From contig MU006096.1 of NCBI GenBank assembly GCA_010093705.1, positions 890,004-954,003 of the forward strand: DNA of 64,000 bases. The letters are read 5' to 3'. Both the position numbers and the translations under genes were made by a program. This DNA comes from Patellaria atrata CBS 101060. Lineage: Eukaryota. This document shows positions 1 through 13,424 of this stretch, one piece after another (positions within the stretch are counted from its first letter, which is position 1; each line of letters starts with the position of its first letter). The notes beneath the pieces are model-generated. The model had not been told where the DNA came from and made no database searches. It was given only the letters and a program-made list of their open reading frames with translations.

Positions 1-340
1 CTTACATACAATTATATCTCTAGAGTTATAATAAAGATTGGCATTGTACCTATTCCACCACTATGCACAGCAGGATGATGTGAGGATAAAGTCAAGCTCT
101 ACTTGCTTGTAGCGTGCAAGCTTACCCTATATGGTTAACTGGTCCATAGGTGTAGGTAGGCAAGAAAAGTATAAGCGGATAAGCCAGTTGGATTTTGATG
201 TCACTTGCGAGAGATATTTAGGGTAGGATACATGTTGTAATAATTGATTGATCAAATAACCGAAGCCTATCATATCACTCAAGGTATACTAGAACTGTAG
301 TATTTCGCATCTCTGACCGAAAGTTACCGGATCTACTCGC

Positions 341-805
341 TCATAGGCCAGCATAATCGTCTACGGAATTTGCAAAGCGTCGAGGATGGACCGCTTGAAT
401 CTCACTAAGCAATTCATATGCCTTCTTTGCAAATGTTTCCGGATCCGCATCGATACAATTTATTAAGGTCGCTAAAGCAGCCTCAACTACACGATTTTCC
501 ATCAGCACACTAATAGCGTCATCGTTTGTGGTGACTTCTGTTTCCTCCCCCTTCTTCCTTGCACATTGGGGACTTATCTCTCTAACACGAAACCAGGCTA
601 TCAATGATTCCACGTAGAGAATTCCAAGAGCGAGTGTTGGAGCTTTGACTCGGCCATACACATAGTTTGCCTCAGCGTCCCCAAAGCGCTCGTTAAAGGT
701 TTTGGCTTCGTAGATAATAGAGCGAAGGTCTTTCCATTCGGTCGGGTAACCAAATGGGTTTTCAGGATCAGATTCCGCCTCAACGGTCAAGTTTGGGACA
801 GGCAT
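341..805 (-). CDS. Hypothetical protein (154 aa, intronless)
   Basis: Clean ATG-to-stop ORF with protein-like composition. No family recognised. Confidence 0.55.
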   Translation of the reverse strand: MPVPNLTVEAESDPENPFGYPTEWKDLRSIIYEAKTFNERFGDAEANYVYGRVKAPTLALGILYVESLIAWFRVREISPQCARKKGEETEVTTNDDAISVLMENRVVEAALATLINCIDADPETFAKKAYELLSEIQAVHPRRFANSVDDYAGL

Positions 806-1191
806 GATGATATGTGTGGATTAATTGGTGGATGTGGTAATGCGAAGCCACCGGCTTTGAAGTATGGATATTATCCTGTTGAAGATGGGGACTGAGCTGC
901 TGTACTCGCAGATAGAGTATCATTTTAAAGTAAGGGGAAGACGGGGAGTTATCGGGAACTCAGGGCATCATTTCCCAAGTTTCGAGGATTTTGATCGATT
1001 GCTTTCTGATTTCACCAACTCATTGAGTCATTTCGCAAACATAATACTTTGATCGAAATGTGTAAGATCCCCATCGTTCCCACGACAGCAATTGGACAGT
1101 GCTGGTTAAACGGGAGCAAAATCTCCAGATTGGCATGTCTTCCGTTGGCCTATGGGTCTAATGCAAATTCCACGTATCGAAGTTCGTATTT

Positions 1192-1875
1192 TCAGTCCTC
1201 GTCAGCATAATCCTCCATATCATCATCTTCATCGTCTTCGTCGTCAAGGTCATCGTCATCATCATCATCATCAATCCGCTCCATGGTCACTGGAACACCC
1301 AAATCCTCTCCAACTTCTTCGACCTCGGCTATGCCCTCCTCCCCGAACTTCTTCCCTACCACCTTCAATCTCTCATCTTCTTCTTTTGCTTGCCTAATAA
1401 TCTTCCTCGCTCTTGCAATAGCCTCTTCCTCAACCTTCTTAATTGTGCCTGACACCCTAATAACTCTGATTACACACGGCGTATCAATAGGCTTCGGTAG
1501 CTTCGTCATGAACGACAAAGCGGCCCAAACAAGCCGGTAGTGTTGTCGCGAAATGCGTATAATAGCGGTCGACGTGGCAGTAGAAAGATAAACGACTGTT
1601 CAACTATCAACATCTGTGACGAATTTAAGGGGATAGCTTGATGTACTTTTTAGCCCTGATGCTATCATTCCGGCACCCCAATCACCAAATAGATAGGCGA
1701 CATCATCCTCAATCGCTCTCCTGAGTATATGCGGAGTCAGTCTGTCAGGTGTAGGACGGTGGAATTGGATCACAGCTGGGACAGCTTCATCGGCAGTGGA
1801 TTGCGGGAGCTTCGCATTGGGCTTTTCAGGGTAGAGGATATTGCAAAGGAGGTATCGGTGCTTGATGCGGACCAT
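1192..1875 (-). CDS. POP5: RNase P/MRP subunit Pop5 (Rpp14/Pop5 family), 2 exons, acidic C-terminal tail
   Basis: N-terminus MVRIKHRYLL. After a GTACAT...CAG intron (~1646-1596) it continues VYLSTATSTAIIRISRQHYRLVWAALSF...RVSGTIKKVEEEAI. Confidence 0.9.
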
Positions 1876-2707
1876 TTTTACTCATCTCGGTTTAAGGAAC
1901 CTCAAAAACTCTTGGAATGCTTCCTGTCGTTGAAGAATTATAGCTGTCGCGTACAGAAGCATAAACGCGAAGTACGAAGAGAGAGAGTACGAAAACATTG
2001 CGGCATCCACCCCGCCAATACTGGCTCGCTAAAGGCGCCCAAGTATGGCAAGTTTGGGGTGTCTTCAAGACTTCAACGCCCTCATCAGAGCACCCTTTAA
2101 AAGCTCCAAGCCCCCCTGGCCAACTCTATCGTGCACGATTGATCATCCGCTCGCTTTCGTGTTCGTATTCAGATGCGACGTTCGACGATATCTTCATTTT
2201 TACTTATTGTAGATAATCTGAAGCAGCAGGAGGGCTTTCGTGTATGCAAGCCCCGGTCTTGTCCTGCTGGTCCAGACAGCCCTAACAGATTGAGTATTCT
2301 AGAAGGGAGGGGTTGATGAGATGCGGACATGGATTAAGTGGGATATTTGATCTATAAAGCTTGAGGTGGCATATATGAGGGGCAATTCTGATGCAGTTGA
2401 TGATATTTGCTACCAGAATTGGGGATAGGATATATTAAGATATCATGGGAATTATGGGACTTACGGATAGGGGCTCCCTGTACACTTTGATGTCTCAGAC
2501 TCTAGGAATATGGACGTAACATTCGTAAGACATCCTCACTAGTTCCACCCTCTCAGGCCTACGAGAGGCCCTAACAACTGTTTCACCACGCAAGACTGCA
2601 TAAGACGTTCTACGAACTTGTTCTTTGATCCCAAAGCAGATATAGCACCGTGGCTACGTCAATGCAAGAGCAAGACAAGCGCCTTAGGTCGAGTGAACGG
2701 AAGGGTA

Positions 2708-4979
2708 TCAACTTAAATCACTGACCAACTTCCCCATCACTAATGCCTCAACCCTCTCTCCCTTTTTCAAATTCCCCTCGCGAGCAGGAAGACATAGCAG
2801 GGCGTTCGCGCTCTTGAAGCTCCCTATTCTTGAACTTCGCTGTCCGCCTGTGGTAACAGCATACAGCAACCCATCCCCTTTGGCCATCACCACTGCCCGT
2901 TGGTATTCCGCTCTCTGAGGATCTAATCGAACGTCCTGATCCAATGTCACAGACACCTTTGGCAATCCTGCAGGACTGACCCCAGAAGCCTGATGAAGTG
3001 ACGGAAGGACGAAGAGCTGGAATGTGACCACCGCGGAGGCGGGGTTCCCGGGAAGGGAGAAGATAATCTTAGTCCTTCGTTCTCCAGCATTGTCCTTGAA
3101 TGGGACAGTGGCAAAAGTTGTGGGTTTGCCAGGTTTCATAGAGACGCGGCCGAAATGGATCGTTCCCCCAAGTTGACGTTCGATTGTTGGTTTGAGGAGG
3201 TCAAGTTCACCCATCGAAACGCCACCACTGGTGATTATTACATCAACTCTGCGGAGAGCATCACGAAGAGTCTCTTCTAAAGCTCCGGGCCTGTGTAAAT
3301 TAGCAGATCGTCAGATAGGTAGATATCCCGAGACATACTTATCAGAGGCTATCCCTAGGTCTAGAGCTTCAAATCCAGATGTCTTGACGGCCGTGAGAAG
3401 CGTTGGTCGGTTCGTGTCCCGTACTTCGCCCAACCTCAATGGCCCGGCTCTATCGTGCTGTACAACCTCATCGCCAGTGCTCAATACACCAACCACGGGT
3501 TTGCGATACACTGATACCTCTGATATACCTACGGATGCCAGAAGACCGAATTCGCCTCCTACAGCAGTAATCCCCTCACCCCTTTCCATAATCACATCAC
3601 CAGCTGCCACATCACTCCCAACCTCACGGACGTTCTCCCCGTCTTTGATGGCATCGGTAAGTATCTCTATTTCCTTCTCTTCGGCCCCATCTTCTGTCTT
3701 GCTTCTCAATATAGTGTCTTCAACCATCACTACAGCACTTGCCCCTGGCGGAAGTGGTGCGCCTGTCGTTATTCTTGCAATTTGCCCTTCTTGCAAGGGT
3801 GGTATCTCTCCAGCTTGCGCATGTGAAATCAGTGCCACAGGGTAGATTCCTTTGGGGAAGGTGCCAGAGGAAGGTATCTTCACGGCATAACCATCCACAA
3901 TACTTGCTCTGAATGCGGGCACAGATTCCGCGGCCTTAACATCCTCTGCTAAGACCTGTCCTACTAAACCCTCGTCTACCTTAGACCCCTTGATGATAGG
4001 TGATGGCGTCTGCTCAGAAATAAGTCTTAATGCATCCTCAACAGATAACATGGGATAAGGGGATTTCCTGTAGCGCCTTGAGGCACCAGCGCTCGGATCA
4101 TTCGACAGAGGAATAGAATTTGGATCTGTATGAGCCTTTGGTCCCGAATGTCCGCCATACCCATGCCCATGCCCGTGGCCATGAGCATGGTGATGATGGT
4201 GTCCGACAGATGACTTAGACTGAGTAGTCGATGAATCTGGAGCTACACCGGCCTCTTTCTCCAACTTTTTGACACCACCAGAGTGGATTTGCCGTGAATC
4301 AGCACCGGCAGCTTGTATGCATGCATGTGGGAGAAGTTTGAATACGGCTTCCAGGTTCTCCCTTGCCCCTTTTGGCGAGCCAGGAAGAGTCAGGATTAAT
4401 GACTTGTTTCTTACTCCAGCAACGGGACGGGACATCATTGCAACTAAACAACATTTCAGTCATTTTATTAGATACTGAATGGAAGGAGCGGACGAACATG
4501 GTGTTATTTTCAATGACGAAGCGAGCATCTTATGACTACAATATCCTTAGCACTTGACTATTAGAAAAAGTAAATAGGGAATATACACAAGTCCAGATGC
4601 GTGCTTATGAACCAATGGAGTCACTGCCTGCTTGTATATCAGCCTTTCCTTCTCCAAAATTCATTTCCAGCGCCAGTTCTGTATTGTCCATAGACAAATT
4701 CAAACATACCTCTGGAGTGACATCCTTCACAGCAAATCCCGTACCTCCACTGGTAACAATCAGATTAACCACTTCATCTCCCGAATCTGCCCAGCGTTGA
4801 ATCACACGCTGGATATCGATGACATTATCCGGGACGATTTCGGTTTTAGCGACCTCCCATTGCTTCTTATCGTCATCATTGAAAACGGAGCTTAGAATGG
4901 GAATCGTAGAATCTGTTGTGGTATCTTTGAATGCGGTTTCTGAAATGATTAATATTGCAGCGTGGAGTTTTGAGGACAT
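2708..4979 (-). CDS. cnxE: Gephyrin-like molybdenum cofactor biosynthesis protein (MogA/G domain + MoeA/E domain; CnxE/Nit-9 type), multi-exon
   Basis: G-domain motifs [24 protein letters not shown] and LPGSPKG. E-domain motifs [30 protein letters not shown] and LPGNPAS. Four GT-AG introns join the ORF pieces. Confidence 0.93.
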
Positions 4980-5412
4980 AGTGATTGTAGTAAAGATTGG
5001 GAGATAATGATGAGGTTCATGTAGGTAGCTGAGACTGAGACTCGACCTGTTTATATAATAACCTCCCGAGGGAGGTTTTGATACATAAAGCATGACTTTA
5101 TTCTCAACATCTTATAAACGAAGCTCGTGTTTGCTGGACAGTTTAAGAGCTGAAGTGAATAATTTCATTCCACTACCAGATCTAGTTATCTAAGCTAACA
5201 GTGACATCATGATACAGGTCATATATACAGTTCAGTAAGTGAATATCTCCCAGAATTAGCTCGCGAGCCCAGTATTTTAAACACCGCAATTACGTATCTA
5301 GTACTCATACTCCATGCTTCCCCATGATAAACAGTAGCCGCAAGGTTGTTTTGCAATAATGCAACATAACCGCAAAAGGGTTCTCTTTGTGCTTGGTAAT
5401 ATCGTATCGCCC

Positions 5413-6230
5413 CTATTCGAAATCATTGGCCTTTCCAGAGACCAGCAGACCAATGATGAGGCCGAAAAGCCCAAGAACTGAGCTGAAAATCTCAATAACA
5501 AGGACCTTGACGAACCTGCATATCAATAGATCAGCATTCTGAGGTTTCTTGAAGTAGTAGATGTGAGAACATGGGCTCTTACAGTGTAGGATCTGCTGCA
5601 TCGGCTAATGCAGCACTGCTTCCATTTATACCCACAGATATACCGCATATCAGGTTGCACATACCCACCGTTATCCCCGACCAAAACAGAGCGAAGCCAG
5701 TGTAGTAGTTTGACCCTGAGTATCTCGTCTCTTCAGTGACCTGCTTGAGCTTCGCGGAGAATACAATAGACATGATGACGCCGTAGATAGCGACGACCTC
5801 GCAAAAGATGATGGAAATAAGGTTCTTGGTTCGGATCCTTGGTGCCTTGACACCGCCGCCCAAAATTGATGTACCGGTGATGAAGATGCCCCTAGAAAAG
5901 GAATGTCAGGTGCGGTCATACTAGATTGGTGATTTCACTTACCATGCTGCTCCAACGACGGAAAGACCTATGCAGAGACCAATACCAATATCGGCCCAGG
6001 CATAGGGTGAGATACTTTCGAGAAAATCTCCAACCTGTCAAAAGAAATCAGCTATCATTCAAAGCTACCATCTGCTAAGGCGAACATTGAACGCTTCTCC
6101 CTCATTGTTAAACAGCATATCTATCTCAAGTCAGCAGATACTCAAGCTATACCCTCTCAGCATACGACATACACAACCCTATCACCCCCAACGCCGTCGT
6201 TGCACCGCCAACACCATATCGGAGACTCAT
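5413..6230 (-). CDS. VMA16: V-type ATPase proteolipid subunit c'' (21 kDa), multi-exon
   Basis: [27 protein letters not shown] and [22 protein letters not shown]. Upstream exons encode [23 protein letters not shown]. Confidence 0.93.
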
Positions 6231-6472
6231 CTTGGGAGAGCCGTAGTAGAGACCGAAATATTCGTGATTGGAAATCAGGTAGTGAAATGGAGATGCCCAA
6301 ATGAACGATCAGAATCCTAACTAGAGGACGCAGTCCATCTGATAGCATCCCGGATGCGTATGGTAAGTTCCGGCTTGGCATAACGGCCCACTCTTTGTAA
6401 ATCTCCAAGCCCGCATCTCTTTAACTCTCTACAACTCACTCCCTACAACAAACCACAACTACGCAAAACATC

Positions 6473-6928
6473 ATGGCTGAAACTAGACAGTATTATGAGC
6501 TCTACCGTCGTAGCAGGTACAAGCCCTGCCCTCCGCAGGCATTTTCCTTCTATTAACGCAGAAGCAGCCTCGGTGGCGCACTCACGGACACGCTCGATGG
6601 ACTAATCACCGACCGTCGCATCGAGCCCCAGCTGGCCATGAAGATCGTCGCAAACTTTGATAAAGCGGTTGCGGATGTACTTGCAGAGAAAGTCAAGTCA
6701 CGGCTCAGCTTCAAGGTGCTACTACCTCTTTCGAAGCCATTCCGGGTTGTGCTCTAGAGGCTAATATATGAGCTCATTTAGGGTCACCTAGACACCTACC
6801 GCTTCTGTGATGATGTCTGGACATTCATTATCAAGGATATCAACTTTAAGCTGGACAACTCGCAACAGATTCATTCCGATAGGGTCAAGATTGTGAGCTG
6901 TAGCAGCAAACGTCCGGGCGAAGCATAG
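6473..6928 (+). CDS. TOA2: Transcription initiation factor IIA gamma subunit, 3 exons (not in ORF track)
   Basis: Spliced translation [25 protein letters not shown]...IEPQLAMK...[22 protein letters not shown]...VKIVSC. Confidence 0.95.
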
Positions 6929-7347
6929 AGAACTGCGGCGCAGCACATCTCTTTCTTTATGACTTACGATCAAATTGAACATCGACCGATAAACCTCCGC
7001 AATATGTATATCCATGGAATTCGCTAGGAGTAAGCCCTCTTCGCACGAGAGCGGCAAGAGGAAAGGATACATTGGGGAGAGGAGGGATTCTTCTTTATGG
7101 AAGAAGATTCAGACGGAAAATCCAAATATACTCAATGGTTATTCATGATCGGTTCAGACAGTGATTGCATTTAAGGGTTAGCGGTTTGGTTTCATGGCCT
7201 AAGTGAAGGATACCAATTATGGGGTTGCGAATTTGGAGCCTCTCACACAAAGCATGGGCGGGTGTGAACATTGAGTTTACTTACTTGTATTTAGAAGGCG
7301 TCTTGTGTCTAGATATACCCGAATCGATTTAAACAGCATGACTGACT

Positions 7348-8111
7348 TCAGCCTCCTACTTCCCTTTCCCTTTCCCCTTTCCCATCATCACTCCCAGAGC
7401 CCATCTCCCCAACTTCATCCAGCTCCACACTGTCGCTTACCTCCCTATCACTCCCCTCATCACTGTCCCTATACCCAGCATCCACACTCGCCCTCGCAAC
7501 CAATGGCTCTCCCGCCGTCCCCGCATCCCCCTCCTCTTTCTTCTCACGCCCTTCCCTCGCCCCAATAACCACACTCCCCGCCACCAGCAGCGCCGCCCCT
7601 AACCACCACAACCCCGGCAGCGCCTCGGAGAATATGATCGCGCCCAGGAACGCCGTGAGCATGAAGTTGGCGGACGTATTGATGACGGAGACGCGTACGG
7701 TCGAGGAAGCGAGCGTGAGGGCTCGCGTGAAGAGACCCCACATCACGCCGTTGAAAACGAGGTTGAGGACGAAGAAGAACTGTCACAGCGCCATGAGCCG
7801 TTAGTATAGCAGTAGAAATGCGCAGTGACATAGGGACTACGAGATGGTTTCGGGGAAACGAAGGTAGAACGTACGGCGCGCACGCCAAACTCGACAATCT
7901 TGTTATCAGGGCTCATGCCGAAGAAGCCGGAGACACCGTGCGCCCATGTTGTCGTGAGCTCGGTCGTGGTTCTGAGAATCGAAGGTTAGCTAGGTGGGAT
8001 GGAGGTTGTGGGGTTGGTTTACAGTTTTGCGAAGACGCCGTTGAAGGCTGCGCATGCGCCGCTTGCGATTGCTATGCCAATCCAGGCGGTCTTGGGTTTT
8101 GGGGGAGTCAT
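7348..8111 (-). CDS. TMEM42-like small membrane protein (EamA/DMT-like), 3 exons
   Basis: AIASGACAAFNGVFAKL/TTTELT...MWGLFTRALT...VSVINTSANFMLTA...FSEALPGLWWLGA. Confidence 0.85.
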
Positions 8112-8510
8112 TGGAGGATGTAAGGGGTGGATGGGATTTTGTTCGACTACAACATGGGATGGCAGAACGAGGGCTTGGCGTAACTTCAGGGTGTGTTCGG
8201 GAATAGTTGAGATATTCAGTTGGAGCTGCATTGCTAATGTCATATACTTATTACTTATTGTGAAGGTTGTATATGCCGTCACTATAAAGCATGATACTGT
8301 TGCACGAATAAGTTCCGCATGAAATCATAAAGTTAACTATTGATAGGGTGACAACTCAGGACATGATATCTGATTGTCGACAACCCCTAAGGTATGATTT
8401 AAACGCTATATATTATGAAGTCCGTATCTGCGTTACAAATGGTATATAACTGATCCCAATCTATAAACCCCGAACTCCTACTTATGCGCTCTTGTCTTAA
8501 CGATTTCAAG

Positions 8511-9991
8511 TTATTTAGGTAACGGTTGAGAAGGCAACTCCTGAGGTATCCAGCTATTATTTCCCGGCATCTCGTAAGGGACAGGAGGCGTTCCAGCTAC
8601 CTCGTGAGCATAGACCGGTGGTCCTCCATAGTATGGTTGCGGTTTGATTTCTATTGGTGGTGCTTGATGAGCCAGAAGTTCAGCCTCGCGGGCTTTTCTT
8701 CTACGACGCCAGAAAATCACTCCAGCAAGGGCTACTAGCACAACTATTACCCCAATTACCGGTCCAGCAATCCAAGCTTTGCTTGAGCTAGACGATAAAT
8801 TTGTGTTGGAATCGGCAGAATTCGTTTGCGAGTCCGCGGATGCACCGGATGATGGTGTTGATGAATCAGAATCGGATGAAGATGTGCCATTGGGATTCTG
8901 TCGAGATCTTTGGGATATGCTGGCAAAGACATAGCCGGGTGCATTGCTCCTCCTCCCGCTAGAACTAAGAAGATAGCAGTTCTTGAACCCACTTTCTAAA
9001 GTTGAGTCGAACATTGCACTCATACAATCGTCGTCGGAGGCGGCACATGCGTCAAAACAGTCTCCTCGGTTATCCTTATGAATAGCGTCAATTACATCAG
9101 CATTGGCTGCCTTGGTATCGCATTTGAGCTCGAACTTGACTGCGTTGTTGCCGGACGTAGTATATGTATCCCCGTCTTCGCAGTTCCCGTCGTCAGGAAT
9201 GTCAAGCACGGCTTTGGCGAAGTGGAACATCCCAGGTCTTGATACCACTCTACTGGAAGTATCATTCTTTAAGAAGCAATTGCTGAAACCCACAGCATAT
9301 TCTTGCGGATCTCCCCATACAGCCCCAACGCACAACGGTTGACTGTTAGCACAGTAATCCATGCATTCCTCTAGGGTCTGAGCATGCGACTCGCATGCTG
9401 CTGAGTTGCTTGGGCAAAGAGAATTCCCCGGTAGGTCGAATCCACATTTTATTTCGAACTTCATGCCATCGTCCGTCGTAAAGATCGATCCATCGTCAAG
9501 TCCGCATGCAAAATTGTCACCACTTAACTCTAGCTGGGCTGGGTCAGCAACAGCAACTTGCCGGTCATCATTGAATGAGAAGTACGGTTGTGTAATGGGT
9601 CCAGTCTTTTGCCAGCAATTCTTTGTGAGTGGACTGTAAACCGCACCGTAACAAGGGTAGAACGAGTCAGAGCATTTGTCGGCGCATATTTCCAGGCTCT
9701 CGATGCCTGGGATTGGTTCTCCAATGTTGAAAGTATCGGCATCGGTCTCGCAGAAAGTCGTAAATCTTTGTCCTACATAACTCTCGAAGGTAGAGTTTAG
9801 ACCACAAGCTGAACCAGAACTTTGTCGTATAGCAAGGGCTATTGATCCTCATTGTTAGATAAGAAGAACGTAGAAAGATGAATAACAGTACACGCGTCTC
9901 TATATTGAAAAGGAATGGACGTACCAGAGCATCGTTGATAGAGTCCAAGTAACGATACAAACCAAAGCTGCTGAACTACAGAAAACCACAT
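8511..9991 (-). CDS. Type I membrane protein: signal peptide, three PAN/Apple-like Cys modules, Ser-rich stalk, TM helix, short cytoplasmic tail; 2 exons
   Basis: Exon 1 MWFSVVQQLWFVSLLGLYQRCS, then a GTACGT...CTAAC...TAG intron. The frame then runs open into ORF 8511..9464 with three C-x3-C...C-x-(G/S)A...NC(W/F/Y)x(K/L) modules and the TM segment WIAGPVIGVIVVLVALAGVIFWRRR. Confidence 0.8.
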
Positions 9992-12900
9992 CGCTCGAGT
10001 ACCTAGATGCTGCCGTTCCCGGAAAGGCAGAAACCAGGTGAAAAAGAATAACATACCGTGAACTCGGTGTCAAGGGTGTACAGCATATATATTTCTGTCA
10101 GATCGGCCCTGATGGGCCCCCATGGATAAGCATGTTCAACTTTGAACCGATACCGTCTCTTTGGGTTAGAAATAACCTTAGCCTTACGGGATGCATTAAA
10201 ACGACGACCCATCCACGCCATCTTGAGCCACTCCAAACGTCTTTTGAACTTGAATGGACGGAAGCAACCGTAATTGAACCATTATTGGAGGCCTAAAATA
10301 CAATCTCCATCAAATTAACGTGCGCGCGGAAGTGAACAGCGGCAACCAAGCCTTGCAAAGAGCGTGTAGCAACCTGTAAACTGAAAGAATTACGTGCGGA
10401 TCATACACACATCAGGAACGCAGGGGGTTATGAAGCCATAAGCTAAACCTGGAGAAGACCGGAAGGAAGACTGGGATACAATAGAGAGACTTGGAATCTT
10501 ATACTAGGGATAGAGAGCTTGATGTCTTTATTCCTACCTTACCATTTTCCATCTCCTTTCTGGATTCATTCGCGCAAACCTATCAGAACTTCCATTTGGC
10601 ATACCATTAAAAAGCCGAAGTTACGGTATTCTTCGATATGGTTCGTGTTTCGATAGACGACTAGATATTGTATTACAATAGAGCTAGTCCTGCACGTGCC
10701 ATGCGAAGATCTTCGCTTTGTTCAAATGTTATTCTAGCCCCAGCGCTTATAAGGATCTCTAAACAGCCTGAGGTGGCTGAGTGGAATCTTCATATTTTTA
10801 GGTACCTTCGTCAGCAACAAAGATGGTAAACAAGAATCTGGATAAAGATATTCCGCAAACAACAGTCTGAATTCTAAAAATCTTTGACCACGATTTCTAT
10901 AATCGAGGAGGTATACCAGCACCGTTGACTAACTGGGTTCTCCCAGCGTTGTCAAAACATCTCCGTTCATGCCTTACCCGTCATGGTTTTGATCTCAAAC
11001 GACTTGTCCTGCAACGTTATGCAGAGCTGTTATGCTTCCCTTGATCGGATTTCTCCTCTGCAGCATGACGAACTGACGAACTGATTAGCTCCGCAATCAA
11101 GAAGAGCAATGTACTCCATACTTAAGTACCAATCGCGAGCAAGTATGAGCCGAGCCCACTGTTGGTGTCGTTGTTAGTCCTCAGCCGCGACTGTGCCGCA
11201 GTCTCACATTGGCGTTTTGCTGAATATGCAGCTCAATAGCAATACAAAACATGTACAGTATGGTGATGAGGTATGTTTTGACATTACATTCCCATTATAT
11301 GGTTAATAGGTAGTAAAAATCGAGATCAGTTTTCTTTGAGTGTTGATATTAGGAGCCGCTTTAGTTCTAACGCTGATACTTTAGTGTCGTTTGTTCCAAC
11401 CTAGAAATCCGGATTAGGTTGCTGGATTCTTTGCCTTATTTTTCATTAAAGATGTCCGGTTTGCTCCGGGTTTTTAAGTACCAACAGAATTTGAGACAGA
11501 TCGGAAGCGGTCTTTCCCTTAGGGCTTTAACTGTGTACTGACAAATACCTAGCTAGAGGACTAGAAATCGTTCAGTCTTGAGTTAAGGCGAGAAGAGTGA
11601 TTCGGAAAGTGTTCATACCAGTGTTACTGATGAATGTTTTACCAAAAACGGGTGGCGATAATCGCATTGATTTCCTCTTGAAGATTGTTTAGCGATGCAT
11701 ATTTCTAATTTATATTGAGCCATCCTGTGATCTGTAAAGAAGGTCAAGAGAATTCATTAGCCAAAAGTCCTTGGACTCCAACTTCCAATGATGTATAAAG
11801 CTCCTGGTAACCGCAAGATGCTTCAGTAAGTCTGTCATTGATATGAGTATGAAACTGAAGAGCTCACTGACATATATAGCATTTTCGTTTTCGCCTCGCC
11901 AGTCTAACTTCTGGGTAGTCTGAAATTCTGGGCCCGAGTATTGAAGTTGAGTCAAAGTATATCTAGGGAAATAGATCAATTTGAGCTTTTTGCAAATCCG
12001 ACACCTCATTTCCTTCGTCAATATGAGTTTTTACTTGGTCCCTTAGATCCTTCGTTCCTAGTCATATTCTCTTCGTAATCTTGCAGGTTTTATGCTTGCC
12101 ATAGGCCTTTTCGGAGATCCAGAACCTTTAACTGTTAGAGGTATCCTACCACTACCCTTCTATGGCAGGCCTCGGGTTCTTAGGGCTTTGTCCGTCCCTA
12201 TTACAACAATGAAGAGACCAACTATATGTATGCGTTTGGTAACAGCGGGAGTCAGACATCACTAGCACGGAAGGTCATTTTGGTCGAAAGAGAGAGTACT
12301 CTTTGTACGAACGTGGAGTTTCTTATTATCGAACAACAGCCGTATGATGATCTGAAAAATGAACAGTGACATTGCGCGAGGAACAAATTCCCCTGGAAAT
12401 TTATTTGAAAACATCGGTGTTTGGTGGGGTATAAAGGCCTTACCCCCTCCCGATTTGAATTAAGGAACATGAGGATCTACTGTATTTTGTAGACGGTGAG
12501 ATGTTATTATTCCATAACGTTTACCGCCTATTCTATATTTCAGTCGTTTCCGATTTAAGCTTCCTTTTGTGAGCCCTTGGCGGCTTTCGCAATGAGCTTG
12601 TGCCTCTTAGTTATGGAAATCGTTCCATTGCTCAAATATCGAGTGATATTTCATCATATTTTAACCTCCTAACTTGCATTATTGAAGAAGAGTCGATAAT
12701 AACTTAACAGTAAGTGGCAATGAAACCCTCAAAATGTTCTCTCTCTTCAAGTCTCTTTAGATACTTGTACATGAGTATATGCATTACAACCATCATCCAC
12801 CTAACGGTTCTTAGGTGTTTTAGGTGTTGAATCGGCCGTCTGGAGGTCCCATGGTTAAAAGGTTACCCGCAACATCCGTGTAGTTTATTTTTCTCGCACT

Positions 12901-13424
12901 GAATAGCTTTCTTTAGCCATATTCAGCAGGTAGGTAGTTGGAATAATTGCCGTAATGTATGGGTTGAAGATCGATAATCTTTGGTGGTGGTGGGAATACT
13001 TGGCAGAAGGCGGAAAGGACGGGATGGACGGGAAGACGGCTAGAAGGTTGCTTAAAGGCTCCAAAGCCGACTTGGCTTTTCTTGTCATAAACTATCCCGC
13101 CCATACCACGGTTGCACCGTTGACGTATTTGATCAACCATTCCCTAATTAGGCATATAGACATGTTTACTGTACCTTATCTCTTCTTCCGCAATGTCATT
13201 TTCTTCTATCTTAAGGTGGCACGAGCGAATAATCATGGTTTCCCCCTCAGCAGCACTCCGACGTAACCCTGTGGTGTGACGAGTGTTAATATGGTGTTAG
13301 CGATATGTATATTGATACCCCCAATTGATAGTTTAAATCATGATTCTTAAGCGATTTATCCCCAAGCTTTTGCTTCTTTTGCAGATACACAAGACTATCG
13401 CCGCTTCTCCTTATTGTTAATACC

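Noticed and set aside
4530..4590. Two acceptor-like sites in a gephyrin intron, possible stwintron
   Set aside because: Removing the inner segment does not regenerate a valid donor, and the remainder is too short.
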